In this document: positions 1-10,760 of the stretch, in pieces
How the letters are laid out: every line of letters begins with the position of its first letter
Position numbering within the stretch: the first letter of the stretch is position 1
Source: an uncultured cyanobacterium
GTDB taxonomy: Bacteria; Cyanobacteriota; Cyanobacteriia; Pseudanabaenales; Pseudanabaenaceae
Length of the DNA stretch: 64,000 nucleotides
Assembly (NCBI GenBank): GCA_963703315.1
Contig: OY969811.1
Coordinates: 1,664,001-1,728,000, forward strand
Reading direction: 5' to 3'
Program-made: the position numbers and the translations under genes
Notes under the pieces: generated by a model
What the model saw: the letters and a program-made list of their open reading frames with translations, nothing else
What the model was told of the DNA's origin: nothing
Database searches by the model: none

Positions 1-2601
1 ACGGATGGCGGTAGTCGTCCTGTGAGCCGTAGAGCCAATCAGAGCGAATTTGAAGGAAAAGATTTTGAGAAAACGCTCCTCGCCACTTTTGTAAAAGAGA
101 ATCTCTTAGTAAGCAGTACTGAATATCAAAACGAGCAGGGACTAGATTTTCAAGGTACTTCTGGCAAGAAACAATATGCGACGGTGGAAATTGCCCACGA
201 AGTTCTCTTGAGTTCTTGGGATGAGCTAAAGCGTTGGTTGGAAGAAGAGAAGGAAACAATTATTCTCAAAAATTATCTTGCTGATGAAACTAATCGTTGG
301 CAAAGGATTAGGCAAGAAAGTAATGAGGCAAAGGCAAAAACAGAATTACTGAAAGGGGCGCGACTAGAGCAGTTATATACACTTAGGGAAGCAAAAGCTT
401 TTGAGAAATTAGGTGGCTTGAGCTATTTAGAAAATGAATTTATCGATGTTAGTTTTGCATGGAGTAAGCAACAGGAGGCACAGGTCAAACGCCGCCGCCA
501 GATTACTGTTGGCGCTCTCACATTCTTTTTGGCGATCGTGTCTGGATTGGCTGTAATCGCTCAAAAAAATGCCGATGAAGCCAACAGAGCCAATGTCAAT
601 CAAGGTTTTATTTCCGCCAGTTACAAGATGACCTCATTACTCTACGACAACCTTCAGCTTGAAGCCTTGGTGGAAGCAGTGGAAACAGGCGATCGCTTAC
701 AACGCAGTCCCAATAATTCCCTCGCATCTTCTGATGTGAAGATGCGGGTGGCTTTAGCCACAGGCGAAGTCATCTATAACATCAAAGAAAAGAACCGCCT
801 CATCGATCACAGCCGAGATGTTTCGGCGATCGCCTATTCTACGGATGGTAAATATATTGCGTCAGGCAGCTATGACACCACCGTAAAGCTTTGGGATATC
901 AGTGGTAAGAAATTACATACCTTCACAGGACATAAAGACGTTGTAACCAGCATCGCCTTTTCCAAAGATAGTAAATTCTTAGCCTCATCCAGCATTGATC
1001 GCACTGTCAAGATTTGGAATATTGAGAGCAAAGAAGTCAAAACCCTAGACTTTGCAGAGGGAATTAATAGTGTCGTCTTCTCAACCGATGGCAAGCAATT
1101 GGCGATCGCTAGTGGCAATACTGCCACCATTATTTCTGCTGATAGTGGCGCGAAAGTGCAAACCCTCACAGGACATAGCGGTGATGTCGTCAAAGTAGTT
1201 TTTTCACTCGATGGCAAGCTATTAGCAACCGCTAGCGCTGACCAGACCGTTAAAATCTGGAGTAATGGCAAAGAATTACAAACCCTCAGAGGACATAGCA
1301 GTGCGATCGCCAGCGTGATTTTTTCGCCCGATGGCAAACAGTTAGCATCAGCGAGTGCAGACAATACGGTGAAACTCTGGAATATTGACGGGAAAGAACT
1401 GCAAACCCTTAGAGGGCATCGTAATAAGGTTACAGATGTCGCTTTTTCACCTGATGGCAAGAGCCTAGCAACTGCAAGTGATGATCGAACTATTAAAATC
1501 TGGACTATTGCAGGTCAAGAAATCCAGAATCTGCAAGGACATAGCGATATTGTGCGAAGTATTGCGTTTGCCAATGACGGTAAAAATTTAGCATCTGCAA
1601 GTGCAGATAAAACTATCAAAATCTGGAATCTTGATGCGCCTCAACGCCTAGTTCTGGAAGGTCATAGCAGGGGTATCCGCAGCATCGCTTTCTCTCCTGA
1701 CAGTCAAAAAATTGTCTCAGCGAGTGCAGATAAAACTATCAAAATCTGGAGCAATGGGAAAGAATTAAAGACTCTATCTGGTCATGCCCAAGTAGTTACT
1801 TCCATTGCTTTTTCACCAGATGGCAAGAAGATCGCATCGGGCAGTTCTGACGATATGATCAAAATTTGGGATAGTGAAGGGAAGGAACTTCAAACGCTCA
1901 CAGGGCATAGCAGCGTAGTTTATAGCGTTGCTTTCTCCACCGATGGTAAGTATTTAGCCTCCTCAAGTCTAGATAAAACGGTCAAGCTATGGAATGCCGC
2001 AGGTCAAGAACTACAGACAATTAGTGAAGGTATTGGCGAAGTTCTGAGTATTGCTTTCTCACCTGACAGCAAGCAATTGGCTCTGGCGAGTAGAGATAAA
2101 ACGGTTAAGCTCTGGAATATCGAAACTAAGAAATTACAAACCCTTGGACAACATACTGATCAGGTCACTAGCATTGCCTTTTCCCCCGATGGCAAATATA
2201 TTGCCTCCGCCAGTAGCGATCGCACTATCAAAATTTGGAGCAGCGATGGCAAAGAGTTACAAACTCTCAAAGGACATAGTGACGCGATCGCAACTGTTGC
2301 TTTTGCACCCAATAGTCAACAATTGGCGACCGCGAGTGCCGATAGAATTATCAAGGTTTGGAATATTGATGGCAATGAATTGTTCACACTCAAAGGTCAT
2401 AATGATGCGATCGCCTCGGTCGCTTTTTCCCCTGATGGTAATTATTTAGCATCAGCAAGTAACGACAAAACGATCATCCTTTGGAATATTAATTTGGAAA
2501 GTCTGAAGCAGTTGGGATGTAATTCACTTAATGATTACATCTTTACTCAAACTGATTTAGATCCAAAAAATTCCAATCTCAGAATGATTTGTAAATCATG
2601 A
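1..2601 (+). CDS. WD40-repeat protein, C-terminal part of a probable STAND-type NTPase-WD40 protein (5' end outside window)
   Basis: Frame open from base 1; VEIAHEVLLSSWDELKRWL segment typical of the region after nSTAND NTPases; one TM helix; about 14 GH...SxDxTvKiW WD40 repeats. Confidence 0.9.
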   Translation, partial: TDGGSRPVSRRANQSEFEGKDFEKTLLATFVKENLLVSSTEYQNEQGLDFQGTSGKKQYATVEIAHEVLLSSWDELKRWLEEEKETIILKNYLADETNRWQRIRQESNEAKAKTELLKGARLEQLYTLREAKAFEKLGGLSYLENEFIDVSFAWSKQQEAQVKRRRQITVGALTFFLAIVSGLAVIAQKNADEANRANVNQGFISASYKMTSLLYDNLQLEALVEAVETGDRLQRSPNNSLASSDVKMRVALATGEVIYNIKEKNRLIDHSRDVSAIAYSTDGKYIASGSYDTTVKLWDISGKKLHTFTGHKDVVTSIAFSKDSKFLASSSIDRTVKIWNIESKEVKTLDFAEGINSVVFSTDGKQLAIASGNTATIISADSGAKVQTLTGHSGDVVKVVFSLDGKLLATASADQTVKIWSNGKELQTLRGHSSAIASVIFSPDGKQLASASADNTVKLWNIDGKELQTLRGHRNKVTDVAFSPDGKSLATASDDRTIKIWTIAGQEIQNLQGHSDIVRSIAFANDGKNLASASADKTIKIWNLDAPQRLVLEGHSRGIRSIAFSPDSQKIVSASADKTIKIWSNGKELKTLSGHAQVVTSIAFSPDGKKIASGSSDDMIKIWDSEGKELQTLTGHSSVVYSVAFSTDGKYLASSSLDKTVKLWNAAGQELQTISEGIGEVLSIAFSPDSKQLALASRDKTVKLWNIETKKLQTLGQHTDQVTSIAFSPDGKYIASASSDRTIKIWSSDGKELQTLKGHSDAIATVAFAPNSQQLATASADRIIKVWNIDGNELFTLKGHNDAIASVAFSPDGNYLASASNDKTIILWNINLESLKQLGCNSLNDYIFTQTDLDPKNSNLRMICKS

Positions 2602-2682
2602 TATAAATTAAAACTAGAGATTGTGCCGTTTACAAAGCGGGTGGCTCAAGTTCTAGTTTTAGGTTTCAAATATATATTGAAT

Positions 2683-3180
2683 ATGAAAATTAAAACAAGC
2701 ATTAAAAAGTTCAGCCCCATTCCCTTAATTGCAGCTTTGCTCATCAGTTGTGAAGCCAAACCACCTGAATCTAATATTGCACCTAATGCAACCGTTACAC
2801 CAGCCGCTACTGTAGATAAAAAAACAAGTACAGATTCGCGCTTAGGCAAGTTTGTGTCTGTTGCTTATCCCACTAGCGGTCAGGCGACACTCTCAACCGA
2901 GGGCGATAAAAATATTTTGGAACTTGATGAGAGTTTTAAAACTGATAGCGGACCCGATCTCAGGATTGTTTTTCATAAAGCGCCTGATCTCGCTAGTGTT
3001 GCCGCTCCTCCCAACTATGGCATTGATGAAGCCGATTATATTGTGATTGAGAAGCTGAAAAGTACCAGTGGCAAGCAACGTTATGAAATCCCTAAAAACA
3101 CTAAACTAAAAAGCTTTAAATCGGTGGCTGTCTGGTGTGCCAAAATGAATAAAACCTATGGTTTTGCCACTTTGCCATAA
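2683..3180 (+). CDS. DM13-domain lipoprotein
   Basis: Lipobox-like LLISC; FKTDSGPDL, LKSTSGKQRYEIP and SVAVWC motifs of DM13; ATG at 2683 preferred. Confidence 0.8.
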   Translation: MKIKTSIKKFSPIPLIAALLISCEAKPPESNIAPNATVTPAATVDKKTSTDSRLGKFVSVAYPTSGQATLSTEGDKNILELDESFKTDSGPDLRIVFHKAPDLASVAAPPNYGIDEADYIVIEKLKSTSGKQRYEIPKNTKLKSFKSVAVWCAKMNKTYGFATLP

Positions 3181-3187
3181 CCCCATT

Positions 3188-3889
3188 TCATGAGTTGCTA
3201 GAGCGCCATAGTGCCAGCCCACCAATTAACCCTAAATCATTGGAGACGATCGTCACATTTGCGGGTAAGTCTCCAGAAATCAAACGAGCATTACCACCGC
3301 CGATATAGAGCTTGTCGTAATTAAATAACTTATAAAGTGAAGCGATCGCCTCTCGCAATCTAATATTCCACAATTCCATACCAATTTGATCCAGAGCCGA
3401 CTGTCCTAAACGATCTTCGTAGGTTTCATTGCCAACAAAGATATGCTGACCCAGTTCTAAATTTGGCAACAACTTACCATCAAGAAATAGCGATGAGCCA
3501 AACCCAGTTCCTAGGGTAACTACTAACTCCACTCCCTTACCTGAGATCGCCCCACAACCCTGTACATCAGCATCGTTAGCAATTCGCAAAGGTTTGCCTA
3601 ATTTATCTTGCAATACCTTTGCTAAAGGAAAGCCGTCCCAATCAGGATGCAAGTTAATCGCGCCCCTTGTTACTCCATTTTCGACCACACTGGGAAAACC
3701 AATAGCGATGCGATCGTAATTGCCTTGTCTAGAGATTAAATCAGTTAATGTTGCGACAATCACATCGGGTGTCGCGGGTTGGGGCGTACTAATCAGCGAT
3801 CGCGCTGAAACAGATACACCATCATCTTGCAAGATGATCGCTTTAATACTACTACCACCTACATCAATCGCTAATGTCAATAAACTCAC
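3188..3889 (-). CDS. ROK-family sugar kinase, polyphosphate glucokinase-like
   Basis: IDVGGSSIK, ANDADVQG, TLGTGFGS, PNLELGQ and YIGGGN motifs. Confidence 0.85.
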   Translation of the reverse strand: MSLLTLAIDVGGSSIKAIILQDDGVSVSARSLISTPQPATPDVIVATLTDLISRQGNYDRIAIGFPSVVENGVTRGAINLHPDWDGFPLAKVLQDKLGKPLRIANDADVQGCGAISGKGVELVVTLGTGFGSSLFLDGKLLPNLELGQHIFVGNETYEDRLGQSALDQIGMELWNIRLREAIASLYKLFNYDKLYIGGGNARLISGDLPANVTIVSNDLGLIGGLALWRSSNS

Positions 3890-3917
3890 TGAAAACTCAC
3901 TGAAATGGACTTAAAAC

Positions 3918-3960
3918 CAAAAAGAGAGTTGCGGCGCTGTGCGCCGCAACTCTCTTTTTG
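3918..3960. terminator. Palindromic repeat / terminator downstream of dnaK
   Basis: 20-bp perfect arms CAAAAAGAGAGTTGCGGCGC, loop TGT. Confidence 0.75.
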
Positions 3961-3970
3961 TTAGAAACTA

Positions 3971-5872
3971 TTACTTAGATTCAGTGAAATCAGCATCGAT
4001 GACATCATCATCACCACTGGCTGCGTCGCGAGTTCCATCTTCAGGAGTATCACCTGTAGGAGCCTCAGCACCACCTTGCTGATAGACAGAAGAGCTAAGA
4101 GCATACAAAGCTTGCTTCAATTCTTCAGTTTGAGCAGCGATCGCTTCGTGGTCATCCTTAGCAATGGATTCACGGAGAGTCTTAACCAATCCTTCAATCT
4201 TGGTCTTGTCAGCTTCAGGAACCTTGTCGCCAAGATCCTTGATTTGCTTCTCAGCTTGATAGGCGAGAGAGTCAGCTTGATTCTTCGCTTCAATGCGATC
4301 GCGCTTTTCTTTATCAGCCGTAGAATTACGCTCAGCTTCATTAACCATGCGCTCAACTTCATCCTTAGGCAAGGTGGAAGCACCAGAGATCGAGATGGTT
4401 TGGACTTTGCCAGTTCCCTTGTCCTTCGCGGTTACTGATAGCAAACCGTTAGCGTCGATGTCGAAGATAACTTCGATTTGAGGTACGCCACGAGGAGCAG
4501 GAGGGATGCCATCAAGACGGAAGGTTCCCAGACTCTTGTTATCGTTGGACATTTCACGCTCACCTTGAAGAACGTGAATTTCCACATTGCTTTGTCCATC
4601 AACCGCAGTCGAGAAGACTTCTGATTTCTTGGTAGGAACAGTGGTGTTTCTAGGAATGATCTTGGTCATTACGCCGCCCAAGGTTTCGACACCGAGGGAT
4701 AGAGGCGTAACGTCGAGCAAGAGAATATCCTTAACTTCACCAGCGAGTACACCAGCTTGGACGGCTGCACCGATCGCTACCACTTCATCAGGGTTAACGC
4801 TTTGGTTGGGGTCTTTGCCAAGAATCTTTTTAACAACTTCTTGCACCGCAGGAATACGGGTCGAACCACCAACAAGAACCACTTCATCGATCTTCGACTT
4901 GTCGATCTTGGCATCACGGATCGCTTGCTCGACAGGAATGCGGCAGCGATCAATTAGATCAGAGCAGAGTTCTTCAAACTTGGCACGGGTCAAGGTGGTA
5001 TCTAAGTGCTTAGGTCCATCTTGAGTAGCGGTGATGAAGGGTAGGTTGATTTCAGTTTGGCTAACGCTCGAAAGCTCAATCTTTGCCTTTTCAGCAGCTT
5101 CAGTCAAACGTTGGAGTGCTTGCTTATCTTTACGAAGATCGATGCCTTCAGCCGATTGGAACTGATTGGCAAGGAAGTCTACGATCTTCTTATCGAAGTC
5201 GTCACCACCGAGGTGAGTATCGCCACTGGTGGACATTACTTCAAATACACCATCGCCAACTTCGAGAATCGATACGTCAAACGTACCGCCACCGAGGTCA
5301 AATACGAGAATGGTTTCATTAGTCTTGCTATCGAGTCCGTAAGCCAGTGCCGCAGCAGTAGGCTCGTTGATGATGCGGAGAACTTCCACACCTGCGATTT
5401 TGCCAGCGTCCTTAGTAGCTTGACGTTGGGAGTCATTGAAATATGCAGGAACGGTGATAACAGCTTGGGTGACGGTTTCGCCTAAATATTTGCTAGCATC
5501 GTCAACTAACTTACGCAGTACTTGAGCAGAAATTTCTTCTGGTGCAAATTGCTTACTAACAGCAGGTGCGTCAATTTTGACATTTTCGCCAACCTTTAAA
5601 ACTTTGTAGGCGACTTGCTTGGACTCGCCACTAACTTCATCGTAACGACGACCGATAAAACGCTTTACTGAATAAAAAGTGTTGTCAGTGTTCATCACGG
5701 CTTGGCGCTTAGCAATTTGTCCAACTAAGCGATCGCCATTTTTGGCATAAGCCACAACCGAGGGTGTGGTACGGAAGCCTTCGGCGTTTGCAATCACCGT
5801 TGGCTTGCCCCCTTCCATGACGGCTACGACTGAGTTTGTCGTACCTAAGTCGATTCCAACTACTTTAGCCAT
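3971..5872 (-). CDS. dnaK: Molecular chaperone DnaK (DnaK2 type)
   Basis: [19 protein letters not shown], acidic tail DDVIDADF. Confidence 0.98.
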   Translation of the reverse strand: MAKVVGIDLGTTNSVVAVMEGGKPTVIANAEGFRTTPSVVAYAKNGDRLVGQIAKRQAVMNTDNTFYSVKRFIGRRYDEVSGESKQVAYKVLKVGENVKIDAPAVSKQFAPEEISAQVLRKLVDDASKYLGETVTQAVITVPAYFNDSQRQATKDAGKIAGVEVLRIINEPTAAALAYGLDSKTNETILVFDLGGGTFDVSILEVGDGVFEVMSTSGDTHLGGDDFDKKIVDFLANQFQSAEGIDLRKDKQALQRLTEAAEKAKIELSSVSQTEINLPFITATQDGPKHLDTTLTRAKFEELCSDLIDRCRIPVEQAIRDAKIDKSKIDEVVLVGGSTRIPAVQEVVKKILGKDPNQSVNPDEVVAIGAAVQAGVLAGEVKDILLLDVTPLSLGVETLGGVMTKIIPRNTTVPTKKSEVFSTAVDGQSNVEIHVLQGEREMSNDNKSLGTFRLDGIPPAPRGVPQIEVIFDIDANGLLSVTAKDKGTGKVQTISISGASTLPKDEVERMVNEAERNSTADKEKRDRIEAKNQADSLAYQAEKQIKDLGDKVPEADKTKIEGLVKTLRESIAKDDHEAIAAQTEELKQALYALSSSVYQQGGAEAPTGDTPEDGTRDAASGDDDVIDADFTESK

Positions 5873-5967
5873 AAGGCTTCCAACTCCTAAGTTTTGTTAA
5901 TCTTTTATCTCATACAAGATTAACCACTTTTCCCGATTAGCACATCAGGGGGACTCTACCTAATCTG

Positions 5968-5983
5968 GTAGGGTTTACCGTAC
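5968..5983 (-). promoter_or_regulatory. K-box-like element upstream of dnaK
   Basis: Minus strand reads GTACGG-TAAA-CCCTAC versus the cyanobacterial K-box consensus GTTCGG-NNAN-CCNNAC (1 mismatch), about 95 bp upstream of the ATG. Confidence 0.6.
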
Positions 5984-6002
5984 AAAGGGTTCTGCGAGTT
6001 AG

Positions 6003-6128
6003 ATTTTGTGTGGCACGGCTTCGCCGTGCCACACAAAATTTGCTTCTTATACTGTCGCTCTGCGCTCAAATCCAAACCAAAGAAAAATTTTGAAAGTGTT
6101 GCAAAGCAACACTTTCAAAATTTTTCTT
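6003..6128. repeat. Two palindromic repeats (6003-6039 loop TTC; 6080-6128 loop AAA)
   Basis: Perfect 17-bp and 23-bp arms downstream of the SNF2 gene. Confidence 0.8.
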
Positions 6129-6162
6129 GTAGGTTTTATAGCAAAGCAATAGGAATAAGTGA

Positions 6163-9100
6163 CTAAATCTCATTAATCAGTTGTAGCAATGCATCGGTAG
6201 TCACCTTGCCACTCATATCTGTACCTTCCAGTAAGCTATCGGCAAGATCCCGTTTATGAGTGTGCAGATCGACGATTTTCTCTTCGATCGTTCCCTTAGC
6301 GACGAGGCGATAAATCGTGACAGGGCGCTTTTGTCCAATGCGATGGGCGCGATCGCTTGCTTGATCTTCCACCGCAGGATTCCACCAAGGATCCATGTGA
6401 ATTACATAATCAGCAGCCGTGAGGTTTAACCCTGTACCACCAGCTTTAAGACTGATGAGGAAGACATCACCTTCACCCGCTTGGAATGCCTCCACGCGCT
6501 TTTTACGGTCTTTGGCGGGAGTACTACCATCGAGGTATTGATAGCTGATTTTTTGAGAATCGAGATAATCGCGAATGATATGTAGATGATCGACAAATTG
6601 ACTGAAGACTAGCGCCTTGTGTTTGTTATCAAGTAACTCATTGACCACTTCACCAAAAAGTTGCAGTTTGGAACTGGGGAGAGGAATATCGGGGCGCACT
6701 AGCTTGGTATTGCAGCAAGCGCGGCGCAATTTCATGATTTCGGCGAGAACTTGCAAATGCTTTTGTCCTGCGTTGGCATTGGTATCGGCAAGTTTAGCGA
6801 TCGCCTCACGACGGAGGGCTTCATAAAAGGCGAGTTCTTCCTTAGTAAGCTCTACTTGTAACGTCACTTCGGTACGCGATGGCAACTCTTGCAATACTTG
6901 ATTTTTAGTGCGGCGGAGGATAAAGGGCTGAATTAACTTTTTGAGTTGATTACGGGCTTCTCTGTCTTGCGATCGCTCGATGGGATTGGCATAGTTAGTA
7001 TTGAAGTTATCAAGAGAACCGAGCAATCCGGGATTAATAAATCTAAATAGATTCCAGAGTTCGCCGAGATGGTTCTCGATCGGTGTACCAGTGGTGATCA
7101 GTTTAAAACTGCTCTGCAAATTCATCGCCGCTTGCGATCGCTTGGTTGCCGTGTTCTTAATGGCTTGCGCTTCATCTAGTACAACGGTTTGCCACTCTAC
7201 TTTAGCCAGCATTTCACCAACTTCCTCTTGTTGCATCAAACCATAACTACAAATCACCATGTCAAAGGGCTGGAGATTATCGAGAACCTTTTGGCGATCG
7301 CCTGTACCAAACACAATTATGTTAAGGGTGGGCGCAAATTTGGCGGCTTCACTGATCCAGTTCATACAGACGGAAGTGGGCGCAACAATCAGAGTAGATC
7401 CATGCGGTGCGCGGGTGAGAATCAGGGCTAAAGATTGCAAAGTTTTACCTAAGCCCATATCATCCGCAAGACAAGCACCCACTCCCCAATGGGCTAATCT
7501 AGCTAACCATTGGAAGCCTTCGATCTGATAGTCGCGTAATTCGGCTTGTAAGGTCGATGGTAACTGCGGCTCGAAGTTCCGCATTTCCTTAATTTTCTTA
7601 ACATGGGCTTTCCAATGTTTATCGACTTTCAGATCATCAATTTCATCAACAAAGTCTTCGAGCGCTAAAGCAGCTAAGGGATGGAATCTGGTTCCTTTGC
7701 CATGTTTTTCGGATAGACGGCGAAACTCATCGAGGCGATTGCGGAACTGTTGGGTTAAGGCGATGAATTGACCATCACCGAGGGGAATAAATCGGCTAGG
7801 GGTTTTATCCAATAATTCCAATAGGCGCTGCATATCTAATACTTTGTCATCACCTAGTTTCAACTCACCTTCCGCCGCAAACCAATCACGACTTTGATTA
7901 ATTGACATTCGGAAATCACCAAATCCAGCGCGATGACTGATTTTCATCTTCTCGCCTTCTGGCCATTCCAAGACAATGCGATCGCCTAATGCTTGCAGTT
8001 CTAGTAAGAGTTCTAAGCAAAATTCAGGATCATCAATTGTCCATTCGCTTTCAGTTTCTTCAAAATTACTGAGGGTTGGACAGGCGGCGATCGCCTCATT
8101 AGCGAGTTTTTTCTCTTCCTTGAGATTGCGTGTCGCTTGCAGACGCTTGCCATCAATTTCTGCTAGTACCGTTGTTCCGCCTGTTCCCGGACGATAGTAG
8201 GAACCCGCATTAGCAAAGGGTCGTGCTAGTACGGCAATTTTGAGACCGCCCCCTGATGGCAAAATATGGACATGGGGCTTGCTGTCCGATGGGACTTCTT
8301 CAGCATCGCTGACCCCACCGCCGATGTCAGAATGTACCGTCACAATCGAAGAGATCGAATGAATCGCTTCTAGTACTTTATCTTTCGCCGCCGCAGGAAT
8401 TTCGAGACGATTTTTTCTGCCAATAATTTCGGTGATTTTCCGATGGGACTCGCTGACTTGCGTCACCTTGAGCCGCGTCGGACTTTCTTTGGTGATCACA
8501 AAACTTTGTCCATCCTTTAACTCTGGCGAAAATTCTAAAAATAGGCGATCGCCTTTTCCTGCTTTCACTAATAGCTCTGGTTCACCCTTGACAATATCCA
8601 CACGAGTGGTCGGCGAGTCTTCCCAAAATACAAGAGGATGTCCAATTAAGGCACAGATTGTTTCTTCATCAAACTCATATTGCGACTGCCCATAGTATCC
8701 ATAGGAAGAATAGGCTTGGATATGGGAACAGGCGATAATATCCTGTGGTGTTAGATAGGGAAACTCATGACTACTCTCTTTCAGACGTTTGAGAGCAATA
8801 TTCCGTCCCGTACTCCAAACACCTTTGGCATTAATCTTCTGTTCCTTTGGTTGCACAGAATAACCACCCTTGACAAAGCTAATCAGCCATATTAGGCGTT
8901 GGGGAGAATTATTTGTGGCTTTACTGATTTCCTGTGGTGATTTGGTGAGATTGAGCAAGGCATTGAGACTGAGTTCCCAAGTTTCCTGTGGACGAATCAA
9001 ATTCACAATTGTGGAAATATGATTCTCTTGACGGAGCTTTTGAGCGTGTTTTTTATGGATCGAATTAGGAGAGAGTTCACCTAATAGTTCCGCAGTTTCC

Positions 9101-10383
9101 ATCGAGAGCCAATGATATCCAGCCGTCACCGATTGCTTGAGTAGGGGTTGCAAAATTCTAGACAAATCGATTCTGGCTTTCTCTGGATTGACCCAATAGA
9201 GACAAAGCGAACTAAAAAATGCTTCGAGGCAATGGTTTTGAGTGTGATCATGGAGATATTCATTACTCAGCAGATCCTTTTGGGGAATATCGCCTAGTTG
9301 AAACTTTAAAACCCTTTGCAGTCGGCTATAGGTCGTCTGTAGCCAATGATTAGTTTGTTTGACCATCAGCGCTGCATAGCCTTCGGCTTCGCGCATACTT
9401 TCCGCCGTTCCCTCTTGAATCAGCGCTAGCATGAAAAACAAACCTGCTTCACCACTAAAATAGATTTGGCGCTTACCCGTGGCTTTTCTAATCGATTTAA
9501 GCGATAGACGAAACTTTGTAATTGCGCCTTTAGGATCGCCCTTCAGAAAATATAACCAAGCTAGAAAACTATCTCCTGCTTCTTTATAGCTATCGGACAG
9601 ACGATTATAAGCAGCCTCAGCAGTGGCTAAGTCGGCACGTAATAAACTCTGCTCGATCAAGACTAATAGTAGCGAGTCGGTACAGCGATCGCTTTGAGCC
9701 TGAAAGTTTTGATTGAGTAATTCCCAAGCCTGATCGGTGTTTTTTAACTTCAGCATTCCATTGCTGAGAATCGTGGCTAAACCGACTTCATAAAATTCGG
9801 GCTTTAAATTTTGAAACCATAAGGGATCAAAGGGATTATTGCAGACCTGAAATAGAATAATATCTAAAGTAATTTTTTGTTGCGAATAGCTGTATCGATA
9901 AAAATCATCAAATTGCTTCGCCACAAAATCCCAATCATTGCGGTAAATGCCAATCCTGACTTCCCGTACAAACTGAGATTCGCTCCTGAAACTACGCGAA
10001 CTCGGCTTTCCATAGGCTGGGACTGGAAGCTTCGCCTCGATCGCAGCGACAATCTGCTCAAATGTGCCAATCTGAACTGCATCGCGTGCTGCAATATCAA
10101 TCAAGAGGGCATTACACTGTGGTCCTTGAGAACGCTCCTGATTGAGTAAATTGAGTTTTAAGAGTTTATTGATATAGGGACTCAACGTCACATTGGATAA
10201 GGGCTTATTCTCCTTATCTCTGGCTCCAAGATGATTCAGGCAATCCAAAAATGTGGTGCGATTAACGGGGTCAAAGGCGATCGCAAAGGTTTGGATGATC
10301 AGTTTCTCTATCTCTGACAATTTGCGATAAAGCACTGTCAAGTTTTCATAGAGCTTGGTAGAATCAACTTGGAAATCAGGCAT
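6163..10383 (-). CDS. SNF2-family DEAD/DEAH helicase-like ATPase with long N-terminal helical region
   Basis: LADDMGLGKT, VLDEAQAIKN, TGTPIEN, SLKAGGTGLNL, DPWWNPAVEDQASDRAHRIGQ. Confidence 0.93.
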   Translation of the reverse strand: MPDFQVDSTKLYENLTVLYRKLSEIEKLIIQTFAIAFDPVNRTTFLDCLNHLGARDKENKPLSNVTLSPYINKLLKLNLLNQERSQGPQCNALLIDIAARDAVQIGTFEQIVAAIEAKLPVPAYGKPSSRSFRSESQFVREVRIGIYRNDWDFVAKQFDDFYRYSYSQQKITLDIILFQVCNNPFDPLWFQNLKPEFYEVGLATILSNGMLKLKNTDQAWELLNQNFQAQSDRCTDSLLLVLIEQSLLRADLATAEAAYNRLSDSYKEAGDSFLAWLYFLKGDPKGAITKFRLSLKSIRKATGKRQIYFSGEAGLFFMLALIQEGTAESMREAEGYAALMVKQTNHWLQTTYSRLQRVLKFQLGDIPQKDLLSNEYLHDHTQNHCLEAFFSSLCLYWVNPEKARIDLSRILQPLLKQSVTAGYHWLSMETAELLGELSPNSIHKKHAQKLRQENHISTIVNLIRPQETWELSLNALLNLTKSPQEISKATNNSPQRLIWLISFVKGGYSVQPKEQKINAKGVWSTGRNIALKRLKESSHEFPYLTPQDIIACSHIQAYSSYGYYGQSQYEFDEETICALIGHPLVFWEDSPTTRVDIVKGEPELLVKAGKGDRLFLEFSPELKDGQSFVITKESPTRLKVTQVSESHRKITEIIGRKNRLEIPAAAKDKVLEAIHSISSIVTVHSDIGGGVSDAEEVPSDSKPHVHILPSGGGLKIAVLARPFANAGSYYRPGTGGTTVLAEIDGKRLQATRNLKEEKKLANEAIAACPTLSNFEETESEWTIDDPEFCLELLLELQALGDRIVLEWPEGEKMKISHRAGFGDFRMSINQSRDWFAAEGELKLGDDKVLDMQRLLELLDKTPSRFIPLGDGQFIALTQQFRNRLDEFRRLSEKHGKGTRFHPLAALALEDFVDEIDDLKVDKHWKAHVKKIKEMRNFEPQLPSTLQAELRDYQIEGFQWLARLAHWGVGACLADDMGLGKTLQSLALILTRAPHGSTLIVAPTSVCMNWISEAAKFAPTLNIIVFGTGDRQKVLDNLQPFDMVICSYGLMQQEEVGEMLAKVEWQTVVLDEAQAIKNTATKRSQAAMNLQSSFKLITTGTPIENHLGELWNLFRFINPGLLGSLDNFNTNYANPIERSQDREARNQLKKLIQPFILRRTKNQVLQELPSRTEVTLQVELTKEELAFYEALRREAIAKLADTNANAGQKHLQVLAEIMKLRRACCNTKLVRPDIPLPSSKLQLFGEVVNELLDNKHKALVFSQFVDHLHIIRDYLDSQKISYQYLDGSTPAKDRKKRVEAFQAGEGDVFLISLKAGGTGLNLTAADYVIHMDPWWNPAVEDQASDRAHRIGQKRPVTIYRLVAKGTIEEKIVDLHTHKRDLADSLLEGTDMSGKVTTDALLQLINEI

Positions 10384-10504
10384 ATCTAAAGTTTGGATTG
10401 TGATTGGAGAAATTGGCGATCATTGGCAAAAAACAAGTTAAATACTTTTATTGCCAGTACTAGCAAATGTTAATCCTACCAAAAATCTGGATTTCACAAC
10501 AGGA

Positions 10505-10610
10505 TTAAGTAGCTAGGCATAAGTAAACTTAAAACCTAGAAGCTTGTGCCGCCCGCTACGCGGGCGGCACAAGCTCTGGTTTTAGTTTTTAACTATGCTG
10601 AGCTACTTAA
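10505..10610. mobile_element. MITE-like element with TTAAGTAGCT...AGCTACTTAA termini and a central hairpin
   Basis: 10-bp perfect terminal inverted repeats, imperfect subterminal pairing, central AGCTTGTGCCGCCCGC-TAC-GCGGGCGGCACAAGCT. Confidence 0.65.
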
Positions 10611-10760
10611 TGTTAATGCGTCACAAATTTTGTCGTTACCAAAAATGCAACTGATTAACTAACCCTTGTAAAGGGTGACAAACTTAATATCAGGAAATAT
10701 TAACAGCTTGCCGAACTGCGTAGATTCAAGGATGCAGAAGGCATTGAGGAGCGAATTACC

